Source of the DNA: Candidatus Eiseniibacteriota bacterium
GTDB lineage: Bacteria > Eisenbacteria > RBG-16-71-46 > CAVPCR01
DNA: 64,000 bases
Direction of reading: 5' to 3'
Assembly: GCA_963702435.1 (NCBI GenBank)
Contig: CAVPCR010000001.1
Coordinates: 1,216,001 to 1,280,000, forward strand
A program made the position numbers and the translations under genes. The notes beneath the pieces are model-generated. The model was not told where the DNA came from, searched no databases, and saw only the letters and a program-made list of their open reading frames with translations. Shown here piece after piece: positions 1 to 10,103 of the stretch. How positions within the stretch are numbered: the first letter of the stretch is position 1; each line of letters begins with the position of its first letter.

Positions 1-1057
1 GCCGGGCGAGAGGGATAGTCAGTCGTGAAGAGCCGGCAGGTCGCCACTCCGCGCCCACGCCCGGAAAGCGACTGTGGGCTGCGGTGACGCTCAAGAAGCC
101 CGTCCATTGCGCCCGCCAATACACGAGCAGCGACGGGGTGAGGGTCAGGATCTGGGCCGTCTCGTACCACAACCAGCGCTGGTTCCAGCTCGCCTCGATC
201 CCGCGCACGAAGCCGGTCTGACTCGCCATGTATCCGTGTCCGTATTCCAGAAACGCCTCCCCCTTCGGCACGACGCCCCCGTGGCGACCGCCGCCGCCGC
301 CGACCGTGATCGCCTGGTGCGACGTGGGCCGGCAGGTCATGCTGCCGAGAAGGCGGGCTGCATCGACGCCGCCGCGGCGATCGAGGCGCGAGCTCACGGC
401 GCAAGTCCAGCGGGGCGAGAGGTCGGTGCGCAGTTCGAGCGAGAGACCCTGCGCATCCGGGGATGGGTCGTTGAACGAGTCGAATTCGCTGCCGACGAGG
501 AGGACGTGCGCCGGGGGTGGGGCGACCGAATCCAATCCTCCCAGCGCGTCGGCGTTCAGCGGGTCGAGGGTCAGGGCCTGGGCGAAGGCGGCGTGCGCGT
601 CCGCCCGGCGCCCGAGCGCACGCAGCATCCGACCTCGCGCGTTGTAGACATCGACGTAAGAAGGCGCGAGCGCCGCGGCGCGTTGCAAGAGCTCGAACGC
701 CTCCGCGTAGCGCTCCTCGGCGCCGAGCACATTGGCGAGGCCGAGCAGCACGTCGGCGTCAGGTGGCGCGACGGCCAGAACCCGGCGGTATTCCGCTTCC
801 GATTCGGCCCGCCGGTCGCACCAGGCGAGAAGACGCGCCCGCCAGGTGCGAGCTTCGAGGTTCTCCGGATCCGCCGCCAGCTCCTCTTCGGCGCGGGCGA
901 GGGCGGCCGCAAAGTCCCGGGCGGCGATCAACCGGTGCATCTCCACGGGCCATGCCTCGGTCTCGGCGCGGGCCGCCGGCGGATCGCCGGGCGAGAGGAG
1001 GCAAGTCAGGGCCAGGAAGAACAGCGCCGGCTCAAGACGGAGCGGCGAGCGCGTCAT
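1..1057 (-). CDS. TPR-repeat protein with YaiO-like outer-membrane beta-barrel C-terminus (runs off the left edge)
   Basis: Manual translation from ATG 1057 (GGAG upstream) is open to the window edge. It reads signal peptide MTRSPLRLEPALFFLALTCLL, TPR helices (DPENLEARTWRARLLAW..., DADVLLGLANVL..., AFAQALTLDPLNADAL), then amphipathic beta-strands (GLSLELRTDLSPRWT, EASWNQRWLWY). Absent from the ORF track because it has no stop in the window. Confidence 0.7.
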   Translation of the reverse strand, partial: MTRSPLRLEPALFFLALTCLLSPGDPPAARAETEAWPVEMHRLIAARDFAAALARAEEELAADPENLEARTWRARLLAWCDRRAESEAEYRRVLAVAPPDADVLLGLANVLGAEERYAEAFELLQRAAALAPSYVDVYNARGRMLRALGRRADAHAAFAQALTLDPLNADALGGLDSVAPPPAHVLLVGSEFDSFNDPSPDAQGLSLELRTDLSPRWTCAVSSRLDRRGGVDAARLLGSMTCRPTSHQAITVGGGGGRHGGVVPKGEAFLEYGHGYMASQTGFVRGIEASWNQRWLWYETAQILTLTPSLLVYWRAQWTGFLSVTAAHSRFPGVGAEWRPAGSSRLTIPLAR

Positions 1058-1376
1058 GCGTGAGGCTCCACCCTTCGTTCGCCGGGTGATGGAATGGGAT
1101 TCTGTTCGGGGTCCGTCAATGGGCCGTCCCGATACGGGACACTCCGCGCGCGAGACTCGAATGCCGCCGGGGTCTTCGTCTGGAGAGTCGGCGGGAATCG
1201 CGGTCGCGTGAGGGGTCCCGACACCCGGGCCGATTCGAGATCTCTCTAATTGATGCTGATTGAGACGGTGAGAAGGGGGGGGCGCGCGATCTCGAGCTGG
1301 GGGTCACCTGCGGAATAGCGAGCCTGGGGCCCGAGCGGCATTCTATCGCGCTATCGGCACCGGCGGGATCCGGTCC

Positions 1377-1517
1377 CCCCGCGCCAACACCCCGAAGTGA
1401 CGCGCTACTGCCGGTCACGCCACGCCTCGGGCGCGCCGCCGCCGCCCGCCCGCTCCACCTCGCCCCCCCGCTCCGCCCCTCCTCCCGGCGCAGCGACGAA
1501 AGGAAATTCCCATCCCT
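1377..1517 (+). mobile_element. Solo IS91-family terminal (oriIS-like) fragment, copy of 32827-32967
   Basis: Ungapped ~141-bp match to the sequence downstream of the IS91-type transposase; ends GAAAGGAAATTCCCATCCCT. Confidence 0.75.
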
Positions 1518-1692
1518 GAATGGGTCGTTGTGCGCATCGAGGAGCGACTCGGCGTGGTGACGGTCCCTCTTGCTGGGCGGCGTTCGACACGGACACGCTA
1601 TGGAGCACCACGGCTGAAAGCCGCGATCGTGCCGGCAGCCGGGGCGGGACCAAGCCGGGCGGCCGCGACATTCGCAAGCCCCGTGTTGTTCT

Positions 1693-3336
1693 CTACCTGA
1701 CGAGCACCATGGCCCGCGTCGCGCTTTGAGCGCCGCCCTCGATGCGGCAGTAATAGATCCCCGCGGCGGCAGCGCGGCCGGCCGCATCCTTGCCGTCCCA
1801 GACGGCGAGGTGGTCCCCGGCCGCCAGCGGACTGTCGATGAGCGTGCGGACGATCCGCCCGTTCACGTCATAGACGCGAACGACGACCGCCGCTGCGCCC
1901 GGCAAGGTGAAGGAGATCGTGGTCGACGGGTTGAAGGGATTGGGCAGGTTCGGCCCCACCGCGAAGACGTGGGGAAAAGCAACCCCCGGCTCGATCGCTG
2001 TCGGCAGGCAGCCGACGGGGAGCGCGCCGATCAGCTGACCGCACGGCGAGCTGGTCGGGATGCAGGGCGAGTCCTCGCGCAGGAACAGGTTGCCGCCCGG
2101 GGCGTTGCAGTAGAGCGGATCGGCGCTCAGGTTGTCGGTCCCGGATCCGGGGCACACGTCGTCGCCCCCCGCGTTCTGGTAGAGATCGCTGCATTCGACC
2201 AGCAGGGTGAGCGCGGAGTGGCCGCACTGTGGCACTCCGCGACCGATGAGGGTGCCGCTCACGATGCTCCGAGCGACCGTGATCTGCGCCGCGCCGGCTC
2301 CCGCCGAGCTGGCGGAGATCCCGACCTGGTTCGCGTGATAGGTGCACTCCTCGAGCCTGACCGACCCGGGATTCATTCCCGCCGCCGGCGCCCGCAGGCC
2401 GCCGGCGTTCCCCCACACCACGCAGCGCACGAGCTCCATGCCCGGTGCGGACGACGTGCCGCCGTTGGATCTGAGCTCGCATCCCTCCAGATAGAAGGTC
2501 GAGGCGAGCGGACCGCCGCCGAACGCGCCGGCTGCGTTGAGGGAGATCAGGGTATTGAATGCTTCGATGTAGGTGGACTCGAAGTTGGTGAAGGCCTGAC
2601 CCTGGAGACCAAGGCCGCCGTTCCCGGTCACGTCGCAATCGCGGAGCGTGACGCGCGGTCCTTCCGACCAGCTGTAGGAGTCGAGCAGGACGCCGCTCGC
2701 CGTGTTGTCGGCGATGACGCAACCTGTGAGCTCCGCACGCCCGATCACGCCGACGTTGTTGCCACGGATCTCGCAGTCGAGGGCGACGATCCTGGTGAAG
2801 GGAATCGAGCTGCCGAGAAGACCGGCCCCCCCGTTGCCTGTCACCGAGCAGTGGACGAAAGTGCACGAGCGGTCCGTCTGCACCTCGGCGCCGTCGTTTG
2901 CGCACGCGGTGAACGCGCACCAATCGAACGTCGGGCGTGGTTGGGAACCGGTCACCACCCCGGTGCCGCTCGGCGCCATGAAGGTGAAGCCGCTGACCGC
3001 GCATGCCCGGCCCGCGCTGCCGGACAGCCGCAAGGCCGGGTTGCCCTGAACGGTCGTGTGCTCCCGGCCGCCGACCGAGTGCACCGTCAGGCCCTTGTTG
3101 AGGATCGCGACGCTTTCGACGTAGGTCCCGGGGCCGACGAGCACCGTGTCCGCGGTGGCGGCGGAATCGACCGCCGCCTGGATGGTCGGCGCGTGGCCGC
3201 TCCCATCGGCGAGGACGAGCCAGGTCCGGGCCTGGCCTGGAGTGGAGAAGAAAAGGAGGGCGAGAGGCAAAACTAGGGCGAAGAGCATGACCCGGGGGCC
3301 AATGCAGCGACTCCCTGTGGTGACTGGGGTCAACAT
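1693..3336 (-). CDS. Secreted right-handed parallel beta-helix protein with C-terminal FlgD-Ig/T9SS-CTD-like domain
   Basis: GGAGGT RBS before ATG 3336; signal peptide; TIQAAVDSA...VGPGTYVE pectin-lyase-like start; C-x-x-x-x-N beta-helix repeats; NLSADPLYC; C-terminal PNPFNPSTTISF...VYDVNGRIVRTL...WDGKD...GIYY. Confidence 0.85.
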   Translation of the reverse strand: MLTPVTTGSRCIGPRVMLFALVLPLALLFFSTPGQARTWLVLADGSGHAPTIQAAVDSAATADTVLVGPGTYVESVAILNKGLTVHSVGGREHTTVQGNPALRLSGSAGRACAVSGFTFMAPSGTGVVTGSQPRPTFDWCAFTACANDGAEVQTDRSCTFVHCSVTGNGGAGLLGSSIPFTRIVALDCEIRGNNVGVIGRAELTGCVIADNTASGVLLDSYSWSEGPRVTLRDCDVTGNGGLGLQGQAFTNFESTYIEAFNTLISLNAAGAFGGGPLASTFYLEGCELRSNGGTSSAPGMELVRCVVWGNAGGLRAPAAGMNPGSVRLEECTYHANQVGISASSAGAGAAQITVARSIVSGTLIGRGVPQCGHSALTLLVECSDLYQNAGGDDVCPGSGTDNLSADPLYCNAPGGNLFLREDSPCIPTSSPCGQLIGALPVGCLPTAIEPGVAFPHVFAVGPNLPNPFNPSTTISFTLPGAAAVVVRVYDVNGRIVRTLIDSPLAAGDHLAVWDGKDAAGRAAAAGIYYCRIEGGAQSATRAMVLVR

Positions 3337-3590
3337 GGGTCCACCTCCGTTCACGCCGAGACTCATTCTATGCAGAACAAAGCATAGACCATGCCTCGCA
3401 CAACGCGCCCACGCATCGGGTCGAATGCGGAGCTAGATCCCGTCTTCCTCTGGGCTTCCGGGCATGGCCGACGCGGGCGCGACAGTCCGCAGTGTTCGTT
3501 TCCGGGCAGCATTGTTCGCGGGCGAACAGCTTGGCCCCTCGTTCCGGCCGCGGGCTGGCCGCGCCGGCGCGCGGTCCCGCGCCGCCGGGG

Positions 3591-5265
3591 CTACGCAGGC
3601 CCGATCTTCTGCAACCGGCGCAGGAAGGCGTTCCGGTGCATGCCGAGGAGAGCGGCGGCCTGCGCCTGGTTGCCTCCGGTGCGGCGCATCGCCTCGCGGA
3701 TGGCTGCCGTCTCGATCTGCTCGAGCGTCATCACGCCGAGTGGCAGCTCGAGATCCGGCGAGCGCTCTTGCTCTCCCGTCTCGAGGAACCGTGGGAGGTC
3801 ACCGGCGTCGATCAGCGGCCGCTCGGCCATGATGAGGGCCCGCTTCACGAAGTGCTCGAGCTCGCGGACATTGCCTGGCCAGGGCGCGCGCTCGAGCGCC
3901 TTGAGTGCTGTGTCGGTAAAGGAAATCTCCTTGCCGCCCGCGCGGGCGGCGTGCAGGGCGAGGAAGTGGCGGAGGAGGAGCGGGATGTCCGCCCGTCGCT
4001 CGCGGAGCGGCGGCACGCGGAGCGTGATCACGTTCAGCCGGTAGAGGAGGTCGCGCCGGAACTTGCCCTGGTCGACGGCGCGCAGGAGGTCGGCGCTGGT
4101 CGCGCACAAGAGGCGGAAGTCCACGCGCCGCTCGCGGTTCGAGCCGACCGGCCGCACCATCCGGTCGTCGAGCACGCGCAGGAGCTTGGCCTGGAGCCGC
4201 AAGTCGAGCTCCGCGATCTCGTCGAGGAAGAGGGTGCCGTGGTCGGCCAGAGTGGCGATGCCTTCGCGTTCGGCGTGTGCTCCGGTGAAGGCGCCGCGCG
4301 CATGGCCGAAGAGCTCGCTCTCGAGGAGCTCGCCGGGGATGGCGGCGCAGTTCTGGGCGACGAACGGGCCATCCGCCGGCTGGCGCGGTGCAGGGCGTGG
4401 GCGAGAAGCTCCTTGCCCGAACCGCTCTCACCGAGGAGGAGCACGGGGAAGTCGGTGGGGGCCACGCGCGTGACGTTCTCGAGGAGCGCGGCCATGGGCC
4501 GGCAGCGACCGATGATCTCGTCGAAGGTCACCCGCGAGGCGAGCTCGCGGCGCAGGCGCTGGTTGGCGAGCGCCAGCTCGCTGTAGCGCTCGGCGTTCTG
4601 GATGGCGGGACCGGAGAGCCCAGCGAGGACGCCGATGAAGCGGATCGTGTCCGGGCTCAGGCGGCGGCCTGACTGGAGGTTGTCGAGATAGATGGCGCCG
4701 ACGACGCGATGGCTCGCCGGGATGGGGACGCAGACGACCGAGCGGATCGCGTGAAGCGCGACGCTCCCGCGTCCTCGAAGCGGGGATCCGCGAGCGCATC
4801 GTCGGTGTGCACCGCTTCCGAACGCGCCTGCTCGATAATGGTCCGGGAGAAGGTCTCGGCGGCGGCCACGGCCCGGCTGTCGGCGCCGCGCACGACCCAG
4901 GGGGTGGCCTTGCCCTGCCGCGGGTCGAAGTAGAAGAGGATGCCGCGTTCGGCGCCGGCATGGGCGACGGCGAAGTCGAGAATCCGGGGCAGGAGCTGCT
5001 CGATGTCGAGCGTGGCGTGGATGGCCCGCGAGATCTCGTAGAGTCGCTCGAGGTCGGCCGTCGAGGGAGGAAGCTCGCGTGGACCCGGTGCTCGGGGGCC
5101 CCGCGCCTGCCCGTCGGTCACCTGCCCTTCGCCCCCTGCGCTCGGACCGACCGCAGCCAAGTCGAACCCGAGATCGCGCTTCAGGTGCTCTGCGCGCTCG
5201 AGATCGTCCTCGGGGTGCGAGGGGGTCGGGGCTTTGTCCTTGTCGCGGGGAGAACGTGCTACCAA
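3591..5265 (-). pseudogene. GAF-domain sigma-54-dependent (Fis-family) enhancer-binding protein with two frameshifts
   Basis: GAF domain (LERLYEISRAIHATLD...) shifts frame near 4766 and resumes as SVALHAIRSVVCVP...GAIYLDN. Walker A GESGSGKE follows, then a second shift near 4374, then [43 protein letters not shown] and the Fis [15 protein letters not shown]. Confidence 0.85.
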
Positions 5266-5388
5266 GTTGGATCGTGCCGGTTAACCTTCGACTGGGAGGG
5301 GGGATGGAGGTCTGTGCAGTACTATACCACCCGTAGGGCTATATGGCACGCCGCCGCTCGGCCGGGTGCCTCGGTGCGGGGTCACGGC

Positions 5389-5484
5389 TGGCGGCTGTTC
5401 ACGGCCGAGTTCAAGCGCCAGCGAATCGATCGCGTCTTGAGGGGTGCGCTCACGGCGGCGGAGCTGAGCCGGGAGCTCGGGACC
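5389..5484 (+). mobile_element. IS3-family OrfA (HTH) remnant
   Basis: Translates as WRLFTAEFKRQRIDRVLRGALTAAELSRELG, resembling the N-terminus of IS3 OrfA; no OrfB and no clear inverted repeats. Confidence 0.55.
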
Positions 5485-5849
5485 GGGGCAGTCGCACAAG
5501 GCGAACAGGTCCCAGCAACGGATGGTCGTCCTCCGCTGACCCTGGCGCCTTGCCGATCGCACAGCACTCACGACTCGCCGGCGGTCACGCCGGGTCCGCC
5601 GCGCCGGCCCAGCTCCGGATCGTCCGCGGCGCTACCGCCCCCGGCGGCCAGAGCAAAGCCTCCTGCACCGCCTTGGTGAGCGTAGGCCCCGTCCATGCCG
5701 TTCGTACGCCGCGCGGCGTCCGAGCGGGGCGCGTGGGCGCGGGCCGGCGCGCCCCCGCCCGACGCCCCCCCTGCAGCCCGACTGATTCAATGTGATACGT
5801 CGCAGGCTCCCCCATGGCGGCACCCAGCCAAGACCCAGGACCGGGTCGA

Positions 5850-5873
5850 CCAAGGTCTCCCGAGCGCCGATAG
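5850..5873 (+). promoter_or_regulatory. Possible sigma-28-like promoter (-10 GCCGATAG) upstream of the adhesin
   Basis: GCCGATAG at 5866-5873; CCAAG upstream but with only an 11-nt spacer. Confidence 0.25.
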
Positions 5874-6164
5874 TGAACGCGAGAGCGTTCTCTCAGCTGA
5901 AGCAACCGGCCCGCACGGTTCTTGGGCTCGCCAGGGCAGGTCCGAGCGCTCGACTTCGGCGTGACAGCATCCGAGAGCGGTGCCCACACTCGGCGCCGCT
6001 TCTCTCGGATCGAGGGGGCAGCGAACTCTCTTATGGAACCGTTGCAGTCTGTGCGCAGCGCTGGGCTCGACGGCGTGAGCGCGATCCGGATCTGCGGCGA
6101 CCGAGGCACGACTCACGGCCATGCGCCGGCTCCATCGCGGAGCGATGGGAGCCCCACTCGCGTC

Positions 6165-9100
6165 ATGGCCCCGGTGGACTCCTGCATGCCGGCGTCCACC
6201 GCCGGGCCGAGATCGCGCCCGCGAAACGCTGCCGGGCGTACCCCTCGTCTGCGATCCCTGCTGCGGATCGCCGCGCTCACCGCCATGGCCATGGGCGCGC
6301 ACGCGAGCCTGGTGGGTGCCGCGGCGCTGACCGTCAACTCCACGACCGATGTGCTCGACGGAGATGTCACCTCGATCGCGGCACTCCTGGCCACGCCGGG
6401 GCCCGACGGTGTCATCTCTCTGCGCGAGGCCATCAGAGCATGCAACAACACGCCGAACGGGGGGACGCGGGACGAGATCCGCTTCAACATCGCCGGGCCG
6501 GGTCCGCACACGATCCAGCCCACCACCGCCCTGCCGGCCCTTTCCGACTCTGTTGGTGTCGACGGCACGACCGAGCCCGACTTCGCCGGGACGCCGGTAG
6601 TTCGCATCGACGGCTCATTGGCCGGCCCCAATGTCGACGGCCTGTCGCTCGCGAGCGGCAGCAGCGGCAGCATAGTGCGCGGGTTCATGATCACCCGGTT
6701 CTCGAGGGATGGGATTCTGGTCCAGTCGGGCGCGGCCAACATCACGATCGCGGGCAACTGGATCGGCACCGCCGGCACGGGCACGACCGGCACCGGCAAC
6801 TCCGACGACGGCATCGACCTGCGGGGCTCTGCTGCGCTGATCGGCGGAACGGTCCCCGGCGATCGCAACGTCGTCACGCAGAGCGGCGACGAGGGCATCG
6901 ACATCGTCGGCACGGGCGCCACCGGCCATGTCATCCGCGGAAACATCATCGGTCTCGATCCCGATGGCTCCACGGGCGGGGGCAACGCCGACGTCGGCAT
7001 CGCCATCATTTCGGGCACCGGCAACACGATCGGTGGGAGCACGGCGGCCGCGCGGAACGTGATATCGAGGAACACCGAGGGGATCGAGATCAACACCGCG
7101 AACAACGTCGTCCAGGGCAACTACATCGGTACGGATGCGACCGGAGCGCTGAACCAAGGGAACAGGTCGGACGACGGCATCGAGATCCAGGGCAGCGGGA
7201 CCGGCAACCGGGTGGGTGGAACCGGAGTCGGCGAGGGCAACCTGATCGCCTTCAACGCCCTGAACGGGGTCACGATAGTCGCCGGATCAGACAATGCTGT
7301 CCTGGCCAATTCGATCCACTCGAACGGGGACCTCGGCATCAACCTCGGCACGGCAGGCCCAGACCCCAACGACAGCGGCGATGCCGACTCCGGGCCGAAC
7401 GGCTTGCAGAATTACCCGGTGCTGACCAGCGCCACTTCGTCCGGCGGCAGCACGACGATCACCGGCACGTTCAACAGCAATGCCTCGACGAACTACCGCA
7501 TCGAGTTCTTCAGTAGCCCGGTGGGGGATGCCAGCGGCTACGGTGAAGGCCAGACGTATCTCGGCCTTGCGAACGTCACGAGCGATGGCAGCGGCAACGC
7601 GACGATCAATACCACATTGACCGGCGTGAGCGTGACCGCGGGGCATGTGGTGTCCGCGGCCGCGACCGTCGATCTTGGCGGCGGCAGCTACGGCAGCACG
7701 TCCGAGCTCGCCGCCAACGTGACCGCGACGGCGTCGACCGCGCTGTCGGGGACCGTGTTCGAGGATGCGAACTTCACAGGCACGGCCGCGGACTACGACG
7801 GCGGGGCCTCCGACCTCGGCCTGGCCAACGTCGACGTCGAGCTCTACAACGCCGGAACGAACGGCTACATCGCATCCGCCACCACCGCCGCGGGTGGCAC
7901 CTTCGTTTTCAATGGCGTCGCGGACGGCAGCTACAAGGTCCGGGCGCGATCGGCCACGATCGGCGATGCCAACACGCCGCCGAAGGGCGGATTGAACGCG
8001 GCCGTGCCGGCAACCTGGCCCTATCCGCTCGCCGAGATGACCTGGGGCAACGGCGCTGCGCGCTATGGTGGCCAGTCAGCCACGGTGGACGACGCGGCCA
8101 CCGGGGACAACGCCGGTCCCGGCGACACCTACGTCACGGTCGTGGTGAGCGGCGGGAGTGTCACCGGAGTCAACCTCGGGTTCACCTACAATCTGATCGT
8201 CAACGCCGCCGACGACTCGAACGCGGACAACGTGAGGAGCAGGCAAGGAAGCCTGCGGCAGTTTCTCAAGAACACGAACGCGATCGGCGCGGCGGGCGGG
8301 ACGACGGCGAACTCGAGCCAGTTCCGGATGCAGGTGGCGGCGAACCAGTCGAGCGGCGCCGACTCGTGGTGGAGGATCGCGCCCGCAATGGCGCTGCCGT
8401 CGATCGCCGACGGCGGTACAACGATCAACGGCACGACACAGACGACGAACGGCGGAGACTCGAACAGCCGCGGACCGGAGATCGAGCTCAACGGCGCCGG
8501 CACCGGCGCCGGCGCCAACGGCTTGCAGCTGTCGGCGAGCGGCGGCACGGTGCGCGGCCTGGTCATCAACGCCTTCTCGAGTAGCGGTATCCAGGTCAAC
8601 GGCGCGAACGCCCTGATCGCTGGAAACTGGCTCGGACTCGATGCCACGGGCGTGCTCGATCGCGGCAACGGGGTCGACGGTGTCACCATCAGCGCCAACA
8701 GTGCCACGATCGGCGGCGCAGCGGCGGTGGATCGGAACGTGATCTCCGGCAACGACGACGAGGGGATCGACGTCGACCCCGCCATCACCGGCGCGGTCGT
8801 CAAGGGCAACCGGATCGGCACGAACGCGACCGGCACGGCCGCGGTGGGCAACGGCGGCGGGGGCTCTTCGCAGGGCGGGATCCTGGCCGAAGGCACCGGC
8901 ACGCAGATCGGCGGCGCGCTCCCCAACGAAGGCAACCTGATCTCCGGCAATCTCAACGACGGAATCTATCTCACCGGCACGACCAATGTGATCGAGGGCA
9001 ACAGGATCGGAACCGACGCCGGTGGCACGCTGGCGGTGGCGAACAGCGGGCCCGGTATCGTGATCGTCGGGACCTTCGGCGGAACCGGCAACCGCATCGG

Positions 9101-10019
9101 CGGCGGCGCAGCGGGCCAGGGCAACACGATCGCCTTCAACATGGGTGACGGCATCCGGCCCGCCGCGGGCAGCGGGACCGGGAACGCGATCAGCGGGAAC
9201 TCGACCTTCTCGAACTCCGGTCTCGGCATCGATCTGAACGACGATGGCGTGACCGCGAACGACGGCGCGAAGACGGCGGGAGAGCCGAACTTGCTCATGG
9301 ACTTTCCGGTGTTCACATCCGCGGAGCTGGCGGCGGGCTCGCTGACCGTGGCCGGCTACGTGGGGAGCGCACCAGGGCAGGCGACGTTCGCCAACGCACG
9401 GGTGGAAGTGTTCCAGGCGGACGGCGACGCGAGCGGCTACGGCGAAGGGCGGAGTTACCTGGGGTTCCTCACCGCGGATGCCGGCGGGAACTTCGGCGGC
9501 TCGCTCGCGGCGCCCGGCCTGGTCGCCGGCAACACGATCACCGGAACGGCGACCGACGGGAGCAACAACACCTCGGAGTTCGGATCCCAGCGGGCCGTGG
9601 GCACGCTGGCGATCGTCAAGCGGGCGTTCCGGCTCGACGGCACCCCGATCCCGACCGGCACGGTGGTGCCGACCGCGGTGCCCTTCAGGTTCCTCCTCTA
9701 CATCAGCAACCCAGGTCCGGCGGTGGCGGACGTGAGTCTCAAAGACGTGCTCGACCCGGCCTTCGCCTACGTCCCCGGCTCGATCCGCTATGCCGGCACG
9801 GCGCCGGCCTGTGCGCTCCCGACCTGCACGCCGGCGGAGGAAGGCGCGGTCTTCGCCGCAGCGAACAGCGGGACCGTGGGCACGGACGCGCCGGATGGGG
9901 ACGTCGTGAGCGTCGCCGGGGCCACGATCGACGCCGGCGACGGGGACGCGGCCAACCTGCGGCTCGACGTCCCGGCCGGCAGGGTGTGGGCGATGGTCTT
10001 CACCTTCCGCGCACGCTGA
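6165..10019 (+). CDS. Large secreted adhesin-like protein: CSLREA-like/beta-helix domains, SdrD-B-like domain, C-terminal truncated DUF11-like domain
   Basis: Signal-like RSLLRIAALTAMAMGAHA; LTVNSTTD...ISLREAI; repeated GNxIGTDA / RNVISGN beta-helix motifs in two modules; LSGTVFED..VDVELY; terminal LAIVKRAF...KDVLD.AFAYVPGSI...PAGRVWAMVFTFRAR. Start uncertain (ORF open from 5922; ATG at 6165 or 6186). Confidence 0.8.
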   Translation: MAPVDSCMPASTAGPRSRPRNAAGRTPRLRSLLRIAALTAMAMGAHASLVGAAALTVNSTTDVLDGDVTSIAALLATPGPDGVISLREAIRACNNTPNGGTRDEIRFNIAGPGPHTIQPTTALPALSDSVGVDGTTEPDFAGTPVVRIDGSLAGPNVDGLSLASGSSGSIVRGFMITRFSRDGILVQSGAANITIAGNWIGTAGTGTTGTGNSDDGIDLRGSAALIGGTVPGDRNVVTQSGDEGIDIVGTGATGHVIRGNIIGLDPDGSTGGGNADVGIAIISGTGNTIGGSTAAARNVISRNTEGIEINTANNVVQGNYIGTDATGALNQGNRSDDGIEIQGSGTGNRVGGTGVGEGNLIAFNALNGVTIVAGSDNAVLANSIHSNGDLGINLGTAGPDPNDSGDADSGPNGLQNYPVLTSATSSGGSTTITGTFNSNASTNYRIEFFSSPVGDASGYGEGQTYLGLANVTSDGSGNATINTTLTGVSVTAGHVVSAAATVDLGGGSYGSTSELAANVTATASTALSGTVFEDANFTGTAADYDGGASDLGLANVDVELYNAGTNGYIASATTAAGGTFVFNGVADGSYKVRARSATIGDANTPPKGGLNAAVPATWPYPLAEMTWGNGAARYGGQSATVDDAATGDNAGPGDTYVTVVVSGGSVTGVNLGFTYNLIVNAADDSNADNVRSRQGSLRQFLKNTNAIGAAGGTTANSSQFRMQVAANQSSGADSWWRIAPAMALPSIADGGTTINGTTQTTNGGDSNSRGPEIELNGAGTGAGANGLQLSASGGTVRGLVINAFSSSGIQVNGANALIAGNWLGLDATGVLDRGNGVDGVTISANSATIGGAAAVDRNVISGNDDEGIDVDPAITGAVVKGNRIGTNATGTAAVGNGGGGSSQGGILAEGTGTQIGGALPNEGNLISGNLNDGIYLTGTTNVIEGNRIGTDAGGTLAVANSGPGIVIVGTFGGTGNRIGGGAAGQGNTIAFNMGDGIRPAAGSGTGNAISGNSTFSNSGLGIDLNDDGVTANDGAKTAGEPNLLMDFPVFTSAELAAGSLTVAGYVGSAPGQATFANARVEVFQADGDASGYGEGRSYLGFLTADAGGNFGGSLAAPGLVAGNTITGTATDGSNNTSEFGSQRAVGTLAIVKRAFRLDGTPIPTGTVVPTAVPFRFLLYISNPGPAVADVSLKDVLDPAFAYVPGSIRYAGTAPACALPTCTPAEEGAVFAAANSGTVGTDAPDGDVVSVAGATIDAGDGDAANLRLDVPAGRVWAMVFTFRAR

Positions 10020-10103
10020 CCGGCAAGAGCTCGCGCTCCTCGACCTGGGCTCCGCGGGAAGGCCGGAGACGAACCGGCACGAGGAAGGCCGGCCGGCCGT
10101 GGC

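Noticed and set aside
5344..5360. TGGCACG as a sigma-54 promoter
   Set aside because: The GC of the -12 element is not at the required spacing from GG.
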